From Malacoraja senta (Eukaryota): DNA of 64,000 nucleotides. Numbering within the stretch: position 1 is the stretch's first letter; every line of letters begins with the position of its first letter. The stretch is taken from contig CM075997.1 of NCBI GenBank assembly GCA_038087875.1, positions 372,001 to 436,000 of the forward strand, written 5' to 3'. This document shows, one piece after another, positions 39,275 through 51,543 of the stretch. Made by a program: the position numbers and the translations under genes. The notes below the pieces were generated by a model. That model did not search any database. It worked only from the letters and a program-made list of their open reading frames with translations, and was not told where the DNA came from.

Positions 39275-39850
39275 CTACGGGCCCTAGTGAGACCACACCT
39301 GGAGTATTGTGTGCAGTTTTGGTCCCCTAATTTGAGGAATGACATTCTTGCTATTGAGGGAGGTCAGCGTAGGTTTACAAGGTTAATTCCCGGGATGGCG
39401 GGACTGTCATATGCTGAGAGAATGGAGCAGCTGGGCTTGTACACTCTGGAGTTTAGAAGGATGAGAGGGAATCTTATTGAAACATATAAGATTGTTACGG
39501 GATTGGATACTCTAGAGGCAGGAAACATGTTCCCGATGTTGGGGGAGTCCAGAACCAGGGCCACAGTTTAAGAATAAGGGGTAAGCCATTTAGAACGGAG
39601 ACGAGGAAACACTTTTTCTCACAGAGAGTTGTGAGTCTGTGGAATTCTCTGCCTCAGAGGGTGGTGGAGGCCGGTTCTCTGGATACTTTCAAAAGAAAGC
39701 TAGATAGGGCTCTTAAAGATAGTGGAGACAGGGGATATGGGGAGAAGGCAGGAACGTGGTACTGATTGGGGATGATCAGCCATGATCTCATTGAATGGCG
39801 GTGCTGGCTCGAAGGGCCGAATGGCCTACTCCTGCACCTATTGTCTATTG
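39275..39850 (+). mobile_element. CR1 LINE 3' fragment
   Basis: ORF 39287-39571 RPHLEYCVQFWSPNLR.., 3'UTR and tail. Confidence 0.9.
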
Positions 39851-40550
39851 CAACAGAAAAGCTTTACACTGTACCTTGGTACACGTGGCAAACTAAACAT
39901 ATCCAGGCACGGCAAAGCGGAAAGGTTCAGCTTCTTCAAACATTGTGTTGTGTTGTGTGTCACATGCCAGCCATTGCCAGCAGACTGAATCATCAGGTTA
40001 CCTTATACTAAACTCATCTTTTCCACTCAATGGTACAGTTGGCTTTGGCACACTTTAACGGGTCAGTTTCACATTCAGCGCCAACATTCTTGAGTTTAAA
40101 TCTCAACATAAGCTTCCTTTCAAGAACCGTGATGAGTCACGGGCTTTGCCATTTTGTTGTCCTCCTGGTACCATTTTCTACAATTCATTCACCACAAAGG
40201 CCCTCTGATCTTAACAGATCCAGGCTTCATGGCTGATCAGACTTACTTGCTAATTTACTACTACTACAGTAAAAGGATTAACGATGAGATAATCTGGTTT
40301 ATTGATGATTGTGAGAGCAGGTAGGTAAAAGGGAGTCATAAAACACCACCATTTTATTTACCACCTGTGACAAGTGCAGCACTTGCTCACTACTGAACCG
40401 TGTAACCGCATGTTTAGTCTAGTGTATTATTGGCATGTGCACTGAGGTACAGTGAACAGCTTCAAATACCCAATGAGGTGAGACAGCATCCATGGAAAAA
40501 ACAGTTAACGTTTCAGGTCAAAACCTTAACATTTCCAAGTGAAACAGTTA

Positions 40551-40868
40551 AACCCCTGTCCCACGGTACGAGTTCATTCCAAGAGTTCTCCCGAGTTTGC
40601 CCTGATTCGAACTCGGGGATTTACGGTAATGGCCACTCGTCGGTACTCGGGGCTCTCGTTGACATTTTTCATCATGTTGAAAAATCTTCACGAGTCTTCC
40701 CGTGCTTACCTGCCGTTAGCGAGTCTTCCCGAGTACCTGCCGTTAGCGCTAAGAGACGTCCCCGAGCTTCGACGTACCCGCTACGTTCATTCTCCGTGCT
40801 TGCCACGAGTGATTTTTTTAAAACTCGGGAGAGCTCTTGGAATGAACTCGTACCGTGGGACAGGGCTT
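40551..40868. mobile_element. PIF/Harbinger-type MITE family A
   Basis: TIRs as at 33712; TTA TSD at 40548-40550 and 40869-40871. Confidence 0.85.
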
Positions 40869-41341
40869 TTAATGTTTCTCTTTCCGTGGATGTTGTCTGG
40901 CCTAAATGTCAACTGTGTTTGGCTTTCCAGAGATGCTGCCTGACCCGCTGAGTGTTTAGTTTAGATACAGCATGGAAACAGGCCCTTCGGTCCACCGAGT
41001 CCGCGCTGACCCGTGATCGCTTGTAAACTAGTTCTATCCGACACACCAGGGACAGTTAGTCTACAAACCCGCACGTCTTTGTGGTGTGGGAGGAAACCGG
41101 AGCACCCGGAGAAAACCCACGCAGGTCACGAGGAGAATGTGCAAACTCCGTACAGACAGCGCCCGTAGTCCTGATCGACCCCGGGTCTCTGGCGCTGCAA
41201 GGCCGCAACTCTACCGCTGCAAGGCCACCGTGCCACCCAGTGTAATCTATACTTCAACACCCAATTGAACACGGCCTGTACGCATTGATGAACATGGTCT
41301 GTTTTATGGAGTTGATGAGCCCCTGTGTGTTTCTCCTGCAG

Positions 41342-41439
41342 CTCAGAACGTGACGGTGGAGGAGATTATTGCCGCCTACAGGAAGGCCTGTCAGAAGCTG
41401 AACTGCAAGCCGATTAACAAGCTGCTCAAACAGATCCAA
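41342..41439 (+). CDS. PPP1R37: PPP1R37 (LRRC68) exon 2
   Basis: CTGCAG|(A)QNVTVEEIIAAYRKACQKLNCKPINKLLKQIQ|GTAAG. Confidence 0.93.
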
Positions 41440-41753
41440 GTAAGCCTGAACATTCCCAGCACTCCCTGGCGGGGTGGGTGCGGTAAGATGCCACGTACAA
41501 TTGCGTAGAGATTAGAATTGTAACAAATTTTACGATGATGAGAGAGATCAACATAAGACGGAGCTTAAATGCAGCATATATTGATCCAGCCCTTATTGTA
41601 TTTGAGTGTTTGACGCTGGGACCTAGTTTATCTTGGGTCATTTGGCATATTTTCATGTTTATAATTGAGAGCAGCAGAATTAGGCCATTCGGCCCATCAA
41701 GCCTACCAAGCCATTCATTCATGGCTGATCTATCTCTGCCTCTCAACCCCATT

Positions 41754-42430
41754 CATAGAAACATAGAAAATAGGTGCAGGAGTAGGCCATTCGGCCCTTC
41801 GAGCCTGCACTGCCATTCAATATGATCATGGCTGATCATCCAACTCCGTATCCTGTACCTGCCTTCTCTCCATACCCCCTGATCCCTTTAGCCACAAGGG
41901 CCACATCTAACTCCCTCTTAAATATAGCCAATGAACTGGCCTCAACTACTTTCTGTGGCAGAGATTTCCACAGATTCACCACTCTCTGTGTGAAAACATT
42001 TTTTCTAATCTCGGTCCTAAAAGACTTCCCCCTTATCCTTAAACTGTGACCCCTTGTTCTGGACTTCCCCAACATCGGGAACAATCTTCCTGCATCTAGC
42101 CTGTCCAACCCCTTAAGAATTTTGTACGTTTCTATAAGATCCCCCCTCAATCTTCTAAATTCTAGCGAGTACAAGCCGAGTCTATCCAGTCTTTCTTCAT
42201 ATGAAAGTCCTGCCATCCCAGGAATCAGTCTGGTGAACCTCCTCTGTACTCCCTCTATGGCAAGAATGTCTTTCCTCAGATTAGGAGACCAAAACTGTAT
42301 GCAATACTTCAGATGTGGTCTCACCTAGGCCCTGTACAACTGCAGTAGAACCTCCCTGCTCCTATACTCAAATCCTTTTGCTATGAATGCTAACATACCA
42401 TTCGCTTTCTTCACTGCCTGCTGCACCTGT
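41754..42430 (-). mobile_element. CR1 LINE 3' fragment
   Basis: ORF 41836-42324. Confidence 0.9.
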
Positions 42431-43058
42431 GGATGGACTTGATGGAAAGTGATTCGCCTGCCTTCTCCCCATAACCCCCGACACCCGTACTAATCATATT
42501 TTATCTCGTAGGTCAGTATTACTGATCATCTGGTTACTTTAATTCATTGACCTGCTCCAGTGAAGGTCGCTTAGTTGCGGCAAGCTGATCCTGTGGTCAC
42601 CAGTGGTTTAACACTTCAATACACAATGTGGGACACATTCTTCCAGCAGCTACTGCAGGGTCTGCTATCAGTTCTAAATCTGAGATTAATGGCTTTTTAG
42701 CCAACCTGTATTAAGGGATAAATGAGATGGAGGGGGGGGGGGGGGGGCGGGGGAGGAGAGAAAAAGTTTATGGAGACAGGGCACAGATCAACAATATTTC
42801 ATTAAAAGGCTGGACTTGCCAAATAATCTCCTTGTGTTTTTATGTTGATCAGAGGCAGTGTTGTGGGCCAGACCGTTCTGTAATAGCTGAGCTCAGCAGG
42901 GGGATGACATTAAATGAACTGCAGTTGGCTTTGGCAAAAGTCTGACCCTGTTCCTTCTGCTCTTCACGATTTAGTGATCATTGATTGGAAAGTGATTTGT
43001 GTGGACATTAAGTGGACACTGGACCAGAGTTCATTATCGTTAATCAATGCTGGGGTAA

Positions 43059-44640
43059 CATAGAAACATAGAAACATAGAAAATAGGTGCAGGAGTAGGC
43101 CATTCGGCCCTTCGAGCCTGCACCGCCATTCAATATGATCATGGCTGATCATCCAACTCAGTATCCCGTACCTGCCTTCTCTCCATACCCCCTGATCCCT
43201 TTAGCCACAAGGGCCACATCTAACTCCCTCTTAAATATAGCCAATGAACTGGCCTCAACTACCCTCTGTGGCAGAGAGTTCCAGAGATTCACCACTCTCT
43301 GTGTGAAAAAGTTTTTCCTCATCTCGGTCTTAAAGGATTTCCCCCTTATCCTTAAGCTGTGACCCCTTGTCCTGGACTTCCCCAACATCGGGAACAATCT
43401 TCCTGCATCTAGCCTGTCCAACCCCATAAGAATTTTGTAAGTTTCTATAAGATCCCCTCTCAATCTCCTAAATTCTAGCGAGTATAAGCCAAGTCTATCC
43501 AGTCTTTCTTCATGTGAAAGTCCTGACATCCCAGGAATCAGTCTGGTGAACCTTCCCTGCACTCCCTCTATGGCTATAATGTCCTTCCTCAGATTTGGAG
43601 ACCAAAACTGTACGCAATACTCCAGGTGTGGTCTCACCAAGACCCTGTACAACTGCAGTAGAACCTCCCTGCTCCTATACTCAAATCCTCTTGCTATGAA
43701 GGCCAACATACCATTCGCTTTCTTCACTGCCTGCTGCACCTGCATGCCTACTTTCAATGACTGGTGTACCATGACACCCAGGTCTCGCTGCATCTCCCCA
43801 TTTCCTAATCGGCCACCATTTAGATAATAGTCTGCCTTCCCGTTTTTGCCACCAAAGTGGATAACCTCACATTTATCCACATTATACTGCATCTTCCAAA
43901 CATTTGCCCACTCACCCAGCCTATCCAACTCACCTTGCAGTCTCCTAGCATCCTCCTCACAGCTAACACTGCCCCCCAGCTTAGTGTCATCCGCAAACTT
44001 GGAGATGTTGCTTTCAATTCCCTCATCCAGATCATTAATATAAATTGTAAATAGCTGGGGTCCCAGCACTGAGCCTTGCGGTACCCCACTAGTCACTGCC
44101 TGCCATTGTGAAAAGGACCCGTTTACTCCTACTCTTTGCTTCCTGTTTGCCAGCCAGTTCTCTATCCACATCAATACTGAACCCCCAATACCGTGTGATT
44201 TAAGTTTGTATCCTAATCTCTTATGTGGTACCTTGTCGAAAGCCTTCTGAAAGTCCAGATACAACACATCCACTGGTTCTCCCCTATCCACTCTACTAGT
44301 TACATCCTCGAAAAATTCTATAAGATTCGTCAGACACGATTTACCTTTTGTAAATCCATGCTGACTTTGTCCAATGATTTCACCACTTTCCAAATGTGCT
44401 GCTATCCCATCTTTAATAAGTGACTCTAGCAGTTTCCCCACTACCGATGTTAGACTAACTGGTCTGTAATTCCCCGTTTTCTCTCTCCCTCCCTTCTTAA
44501 AAAGTGGGGTTACGTTTGCTACCCTCCAATCCTCAGGAACTACACCAGAATCTAAAGAGTTTTGAAAAATTATCACTAATGCATCCACTATTTCTGGAGC
44601 TACTTCCTTAAGTACTCTGGGATGCAGCCTATCTGGCCCT
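43059..44640 (-). mobile_element. Young CR1 LINE, 5'-truncated, with uninterrupted RT domain and ORF2 C-terminus
   Basis: ~490 codons open: [54 protein letters not shown]; (TTCTATGT)n tail. Confidence 0.96.
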
Positions 44641-45987
44641 GGTAAGATGGGAGGACGGGCATGAAACTGAGAGCCTGCCCTTCTGCAGCGGCGTGCTGGA
44701 ACGCAACCTGGCTGCGTTTCCATTTGGAACCCCAGAGATCTTACCCCTCCTCCACCTAAAAGAAAGCACACACTCAAAATGCTGGAGTAACTCAGCGGGT
44801 CAGGCTGCACTGGTCGGAAGAAGAGTCCTGACCCGAATCCTCATCTGTCCATGTTCTTCAGGGATGCTGCCTGACTCTGAGTTAAACCAGCACTTTTTTG
44901 GGGTAAACCAGCATCTGCAGTTCCTTGTTCCTGTATGAAGCACTGGAAGACGTGGTTAGGTGATGTTTCAGGTCAGGACCACCTTCAGACTGATTGTGGT
45001 AGGGTGGAGACAGAGAGTTGGAAATGAGGGTGGTGAATCTGACGAATTGATCGCCACAGTCAGCTGTTGAGGCCAAGTCAATGGGTATTTTTAAAGCAGA
45101 TTCTTTATTAGTTTTTGATTAGTAAGGGCATCAAAGGGTAAGAGGAGAAGGCAGGCAAATGGGGTTGAGGGGCGAAAATAGATCAGTCATGATCGATGGG
45201 CCAAATGGCCTAATTCCGCTCCTTTGTCTTACGTCAGAAGTTGGGGGGCAGGACAAAGGCTGGCAAGGGATAGGTGGATACAGGTGAGAGGGGTGGCTTT
45301 GTTTGGTAGATGGTTGGACAAAGACTTGAGATAAAAAGGTCCCTCTCCCTCCATCACACAACGAGGTCATGGCTCCTATTACTAAGGGTGAAATTCTACA
45401 ATCTTGTTGAGCGTTTGGAGATTAATAAGAAGTGCAGCACAGAGAGTTGCTGCCTTACAGCGGCAGAGACCTGGGTTTGATCCTGACACAGACAAAAGTA
45501 CTGGAGTAACTCAGTGATTAAGAAAGACTGCAGATGCTGGAAAAATCGAAGGTAGATAAAAATGCTGGAGAAACTCAGCGGGTGAGGCAGCATCTATGGA
45601 GCGAAGGAATAGGCGACGTTTCGGGTCGAGACCCAAAGGGTCTCGACCCGAAACGTCACCTATTCCTTCGCTCCATAGATGATCTCAGTGGGTCAGATGG
45701 CATCTCTGGAGAAAAGGGATGGGTGACGTTTTGTGTCGGGACCCTTTTCATGGCCTCGGGTGCTGTTTGAGTGGAGTTTGCACGTCCTCCCTACAACCGG
45801 TTGTTTTTTCTCCGGGTGCTCCGGTTTCCTCCCGCATTCCAAAGACGTGCAGGTTTGCAGGTTAATTGGCTTCTGTAAATTGTCCCCAGGGTGGAGGATA
45901 TAACGAGTGTGCGGGTGATCGCTGGTCGGCGCAGACTTGGTGGAAACGAAGGGTCTGTTTCCACGCTGTATCTCTGAACTAAACTAA

Positions 45988-46372
45988 GTGTTTAAGAAAG
46001 AACTGCAGATGCTGGAAAAATCGAAGGTAGACAAAAAATGCTGGAGAAACTCAGCGGGTGAGGCAGCATCTGTGGAGCGAAGGAATAGGTGACGTTTCGG
46101 GTCGAGACCCTTCTTCAGACTGATGTGGAGGTGGGGGGGGAAGAAGAAAGGAAGAGGCGGAGACAGTGGGCTGTGGCAGAGCTGGGAAGGGGAGGGGAAG
46201 GAGGGAGAAAGCAGGGATTACCTGAAATTGGAGAAGTCAATGTTGGGGGTGTAAATTACCCAAGCGAAATATGAGGTGCTGCTCCTCCAATTTACGGTGG
46301 GCCTCACTCTGGCCATGGGGGAGGCCCAGGACAGAAAGGTCGGATTCGGAATGGGAGGGGGAGTTGAAGTAC
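45988..46372 (-). mobile_element. Penelope-like element 3' end: GIY-YIG C-terminal remnant plus terminal repeat
   Basis: YFNSPSHSESDLSVLGLPHGQSEAHRKLEEQHLIFRLGNLHP followed on the same strand by CTGAAGAAGGGTCTCGACCCGAAACGTC. Confidence 0.85.
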
Positions 46373-46974
46373 TGCGGTAAAGGATCATCCGTGACCCGAG
46401 TGAACAGAGTCAAGAGAGTTTTATTGTCATGTGTCCCAGATAGAACAATGAAACTCTTGCTTGCTGCAGCACAACAGAATATGTAAACATAGTACAGAAC
46501 AGGAGATAAAAGTTGAGTGTGTCTATACACCATAGACCATATATATACACAGTAAATAAACAGATAAAGTGCAATAGTAATAATAGACTGTTATTGTTCA
46601 GAACAGTGATGACTATGTGAGGCTCGGTAACCCTATCCTGCCGTTCCTTATGTAACTAAAGGTTCAGTGTGTGAGGCATGTTGCTAAGTATGCTCGTGTT
46701 TCAGTACCCACACAAAACACCTGCATTCCAACATCTAGGCGCGGCAGTGGGTTTGACGCAAGCCTAGATGTTTGCAGGTGATAAAGGTGTTTGCAATTCC
46801 TCTCTTATCTCTGCTTGTCAACAGAGCACACAGTTGCTGCTTGTGTGAGTGCCTGGAGTGTTGTTTACACATGGTTACAAGGATTGACACAGCAGCTATA
46901 TATATGGGGTTGCCTCAGCTCCAGTGAAGTATTGCGCCCGTCTGGCCCGTGTCCAACGTGACCCTGCCTTCTTG

Positions 46975-47192
46975 CTCGTCGGTACTCGGGGCTCTCGTGG
47001 ACATTTTTCAACATGGTGAAAAATCTTCACGAGTCTTCCCGAGTACCTGCCGTTAGCGTTACGAGCCGCTAAGAGACGTCCCCGAGCTCCGACGTACCCG
47101 CTACGTTCATTCTCCGTGCTTACCACGAGTTTGAGGGGGTTTTTAAACTCTGGAGAGCTCTTGGAATGAACTCGTACCGTGGGACAGGGCCA
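46975..47192. mobile_element. Harbinger-type MITE family A, 5'-truncated
   Basis: Matches the 3' two-thirds of 54449-54778; ends GTGGGACAGGGCCA|TTA. Confidence 0.75.
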
Positions 47193-48645
47193 TTAGACCA
47201 CACAGTACCAAGCAGCCTCTTCACCACCGAGTTCAGTTCACTTTATAGTCACGTGTACCGAGGTACATTGAAAAGCTTTTTTAGCGTGCTAACCAGTCAG
47301 GAGAAAGTCTGAAGAAGGGTCTCGACACGAAACGTCACCCATTCCTTCTCCAGAGATGCTGCCTGTCCCACTGAGCTGCTCCAGCTTTTTGTGACTATAT
47401 CAGCAGAAAGACAATACATGATTACAATCGATCCATTTACAGTTATATTAAAAGCATGTTAAAAGTTCCGAATGCTTCTGTACTCTCAGAGCCATAACTT
47501 CTTGATATCTGCTACTGAGAAGAATATATTTCTTTCCTCTTTCCTTCAGCAGTGGATTCTTTGCCCCTTCCTCTCCTCGGTTTCCTGCAGAATTTGTGAG
47601 CTGCTGTGTAAATGTCTTGTTGTGGGGCGTGTGACAGTGATGTGTGACATTCCCCTTCTCACATGAGTGTACTGGTGATGCAAGCCTGTCAAATTCCTGT
47701 GCCCTGACATAAGTGCATGGACTTGCAGTTTCCATCGCACCATATCAACTGCCCCTTTGCCTGGAAGTGAATCTTTTATAGTCTTGGACTCTCCCTCTAA
47801 ATTTCATTTAGGGATAGTGCGCAGAAACAGGCCCTTCGGCCCACCGAGTCCGCACCGACCAGCGATCCCCGCACATTAATACTCTCCTGCACACAGTTTC
47901 GTATGTCCTCCCCGTGACCACCTGGGTTTTCTCTGGGTGCTCCAGTTTCCTGCCATACTACAAAATCATACAGGTTTGTAGGTTAATTGGCTTCTGTAAA
48001 TTGTAAATCGTCCCTAGTGTGTTGGATAGAACTAGTGTACGGGGTGATCGCTGGTCATCGCGGACTGAAGGGCCTGTTTCCACGCTGTATCTCTAACCTA
48101 AACTAAACTAAAAAGCTGCTCTAGTTTCCTATGCAGCTTCTGTTACGTTTTATTTCGCCATAAACTGTGAAGAGTTTGGGAACATTCTTCCCCCTCCTTC
48201 TCTCACCAAGGCAACAAAACACCAGAGGGGTGGGTGAAGGGCACTATCACAGCATATACAAGACACCAGGACAGATACATGGACAGGAACGTTTTGGAGG
48301 GATATGGGCTAAACGTGGACAAATGGGATTGGCTTCCATGGGGTATCTTGGACGAGTTGGGCCGAAGGGCCTGTTTCCGTGCTGTGTGACTGTTTGACCT
48401 GGCGTACAGGAGGAACTCACCGGGTCAGGCAACACCTGGAGGGGTAATGGATGGGTGGCATTTTGCGTCAAGACTCTTCTTCGTTTTTACCGAAGTTTCT
48501 GTCCATTCCCTCCCCGCCGAGTTCCTCCAGCACTTTATGTTTTTCTCAAGAGTCCAGTATCTGCAATCTTTTGTGTGTCCACTATGTACATGCAGATTAG
48601 TGTGTGTTTGTCTCGACTTTTAATGGTCATGTTTCCTGTTTGCAG

Positions 48646-48691
48646 GAGTTTAATCATCTGTCGCAGAGATTGGACTGCCTGGATCTAAAGG
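48646..48691 (+). CDS. PPP1R37: PPP1R37 exon 3
   Basis: TTGCAG|EFNHLSQRLDCLDLK-G|GTAAG. Confidence 0.93.
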
Positions 48692-49661
48692 GTAAGGCAA
48701 CAAGTAAAAGAAACCACTTCAAATATTTTACCAGGGTTTGCCCTGCCCCACCTCTCGCCTCCAGCTTTCCTTCACCCCCCCCAACAATCCTGACCTGAAA
48801 CGTGTAAGAAAGAACTGCAGATGCTGGTTTTAATCGAAGGTAGACACAAAGTGCTGGAGTAACTCAGCGGGTGAGGCGGCATCTCTGGAGAGTAGGAATG
48901 GGTCGAGACCCTTCTTCAGGCTGATGTCAGGGGAGGTCAAAGATAGAATGTAGTCGGAGACAGTAAGACCAGTGGGAGAACTGGGAAGGGGATGGAGAGA
49001 GAATGCAAGGGCTATCTGAAGTTAGGCTTTCTTTCACCATCTACTTCCCCTTCCCAGTTCTCCCACCAGTCTTATGTCTCCGACTACATTCTATCTTTGT
49101 CCTGCCCCCTCCCCTGACATCAGCCTGAAGAAGGGTCTCGACCCGAAATGTCACCCATTCCTTCTCTCCAGCGATGCTGCCTCACCCGCTGAGTTACTCC
49201 AGCATTTTGTGTCTGACCTGAAACATCATCCATCCATTCCCTCCACAGATGCTGCCTGACCCGCTGAGTTGTTCCAGCACTCTGTGTTTAGTAAAATAAA
49301 ACTCTGGTTTAATAATAGGGACAATTCCCCTTGGCTGAAGGTCGTGGAGACGAGAGATATCTGCGATTAAAATGTTGATATAAATCTAAAGAGGGAATAT
49401 TTAGAAACTGCGTGCATTAGATGTTTATCTTTTGCCCTTTTTCACACGGGGGGGGTGGGGGGGTGTACAGAACGAGTGGCAGCGGAGGTAGTTGAGGCAG
49501 ATACCATCACAACCTTTAAAAGATGTTTGGACAGGTGCATGGATAGGAGAGGGCCAAATAGGAAGGATTTGGGCCAAGCGCAGGCAGGTTGGACGAGTGT
49601 AGATGGGGCATCTTGATTGGCGTGAACAAGTTGGGACGAAGGGTCAGTTTCCACATCTTAA

Positions 49662-49953
49662 CACCGGAAATTGGAGGAAATGCACCTCGTATTTTGCTTG
49701 GGCAGTCTGCATCCTGGGGGCATGAACATTGAATTCTCCCAATTTTGCTAGCCCTTGCTGTCTCCTCCCATTTCTCAACCCTCTGGTTGTCTCCTCCCGT
49801 CCCTCAGCCCTCGGGCTCCTCCTCCGCCTTTTTCCTTTCTTCTCCCCACCCCCTATCAGTCTGAAGAAGGGTTTCGGCCCGAAACATTGCCTATTTCCTT
49901 CGCTCCATAGATGCTGCTGCACCCGCTGAGTTTCTCCAGCATTTTTGTGTACC
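49662..49953 (+). mobile_element. Penelope-like element 3' end with 13-bp TSD
   Basis: RKLEEMHLVFCLGSLHPGGMNIEFSQFC* then the terminal repeat; TTCCACATCTTAA at 49649-49661 and 49954-49966. Confidence 0.85.
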
Positions 49954-51442
49954 TTCCACATCTTAAAGCTGGGTTGTGGGGATATATGACAAGGATATTT
50001 CATAGGGGAATAATGGCCTTTTGCCTTCAGTGTAGTACACTTAGCATGACTAGTGTAATTATTGTGTGTCAGGCTCGTGATCGTCTGTAAAACTGGCCGC
50101 TTGTTTATGATACATCACATATAAGGAGCACCATGCCACTGCCAAGATCAATAGAAAAAAGCAGTGTTTGGAATTGGCCGGACTCCAAGGAGGGCAGCTG
50201 TTGACAAGACACATTGGGCCACTGAGAGAAAAAAAACTGCCAGTGACTTCTGGCCCAGTTACTACTGAGTGGCAGCGGCGGAGAAATACGGGTGACGGGG
50301 GCAGCACTGATATCCTCTCATTCAAACAGTCTCGCGATGCTCATTGCGAAACTCGAGACAAGTATTTTATCCATGGTACAGTTGCAAAGAGCAAATTGAG
50401 CCTGTTATCTTATCTTGGTCACGGTGGCGCAGCGGTAGAGTTGCTGCCTTACAGCGAATGCAGCGCCGGACACCCGGGTTCGATCCCGACTACGGGTGCT
50501 GTCTGTACGGAGTTTGCACGTTCTCCCCTTGACCTGCGTGGGATTTCTCTGAGATCTTCGGTTTCCTCCCACACTCCAAAGACATAGGTTAATTGGCTTG
50601 GAATAAATGTAAATTGTCCCTAGTGGGTGTAGGATAGTTAGCGTGCGGGGATCGCTGGTCGGCGCGGACCCGGTGGGCCGAAGGGCCTGTTTCCGCGCTG
50701 TATCTCTAAACTAAACTTAATGTGTAGGAAAGAACTGCAGATGCTGCTTTAAATCAAAGATAGATACGAAATGCTGGAGTAACTCAGCGGGACAGGCAGC
50801 ATCTCTGGAGAGAAGGAATCTTATCTTAATGTATCACTTGGCAGCCTCCAACCCAATGGTATGAACAATGAATTCTTCACTTTCATGTAATGCCTCTTCG
50901 CCTCCACCTTGGTATGCACACATTTCTCCCACCATCCCTCGCCATCCGACGTACCCCGTTCCTTTCCATAGGCTCTTCTCCCATCCCCGAGTCCCATATA
51001 TATATTTTTAAAATCCCATCTTTCACCCACCACCCCCTGTCTTATTCCACCCATATCCCTCTCCTGGGCTGTACATTTCACACCTCCTCTTCTTTCCTTA
51101 TCTGAGGTCTCCTTTTTTATCTCCTTTTCTCCCTTTGTCACTTATTCCACCCATCTGCCAATCAGCCCTCCTCACCAGTATCCACCTATCACTTGCCAAG
51201 CTTTGCCCCAAACCCACTTCTCCTTTCCAGCTTTCTTCCCCTCCTTCCAATCAGTCTAAAGAGTCCCGACTTGAGACGTTGTCTCTCCATTCCCTGCCTG
51301 TCCCACCGTGTTTTTCCATTCCCTCCACAGATGCTGCCCAACCCGCCGAGTTGCTCCAGCAGTTTGTGTTTTGGGTTAGGGGAATTTGTCACTTTATTAA
51401 ATCTTTAGTTTCATTTAAAGGTAGTTTCTTTTTTTATTTCAG

Positions 51443-51543
51443 GTGAGAAATTGGACTACAAAGGTTCGGAGGCCTTGGAAGAGGTTTTTAAACGGGTCCA
51501 GTTCAAGCTGGTGGACTTGGAGGCGACCAGCTTAGACGAAGAT
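51443..51543 (+). CDS. PPP1R37: PPP1R37 exon 4
   Basis: TTTCAG|(G)EKLDYKGSEALEEVFKRVQFKLVDLEATSLDED|GTGAG. Confidence 0.95.

Noticed and set aside
40430..40951. Recurrent ORFs (LSHGTSSFQE..SSRVFPCLPAVSES) in several places
   Set aside because: Chance open frames in MITE copies; no transposase motifs.
43158..44810. 550-aa ORF as a host gene
   Set aside because: It is CR1 ORF2 RT; the first ~55 codons are read-through from flanking sequence.
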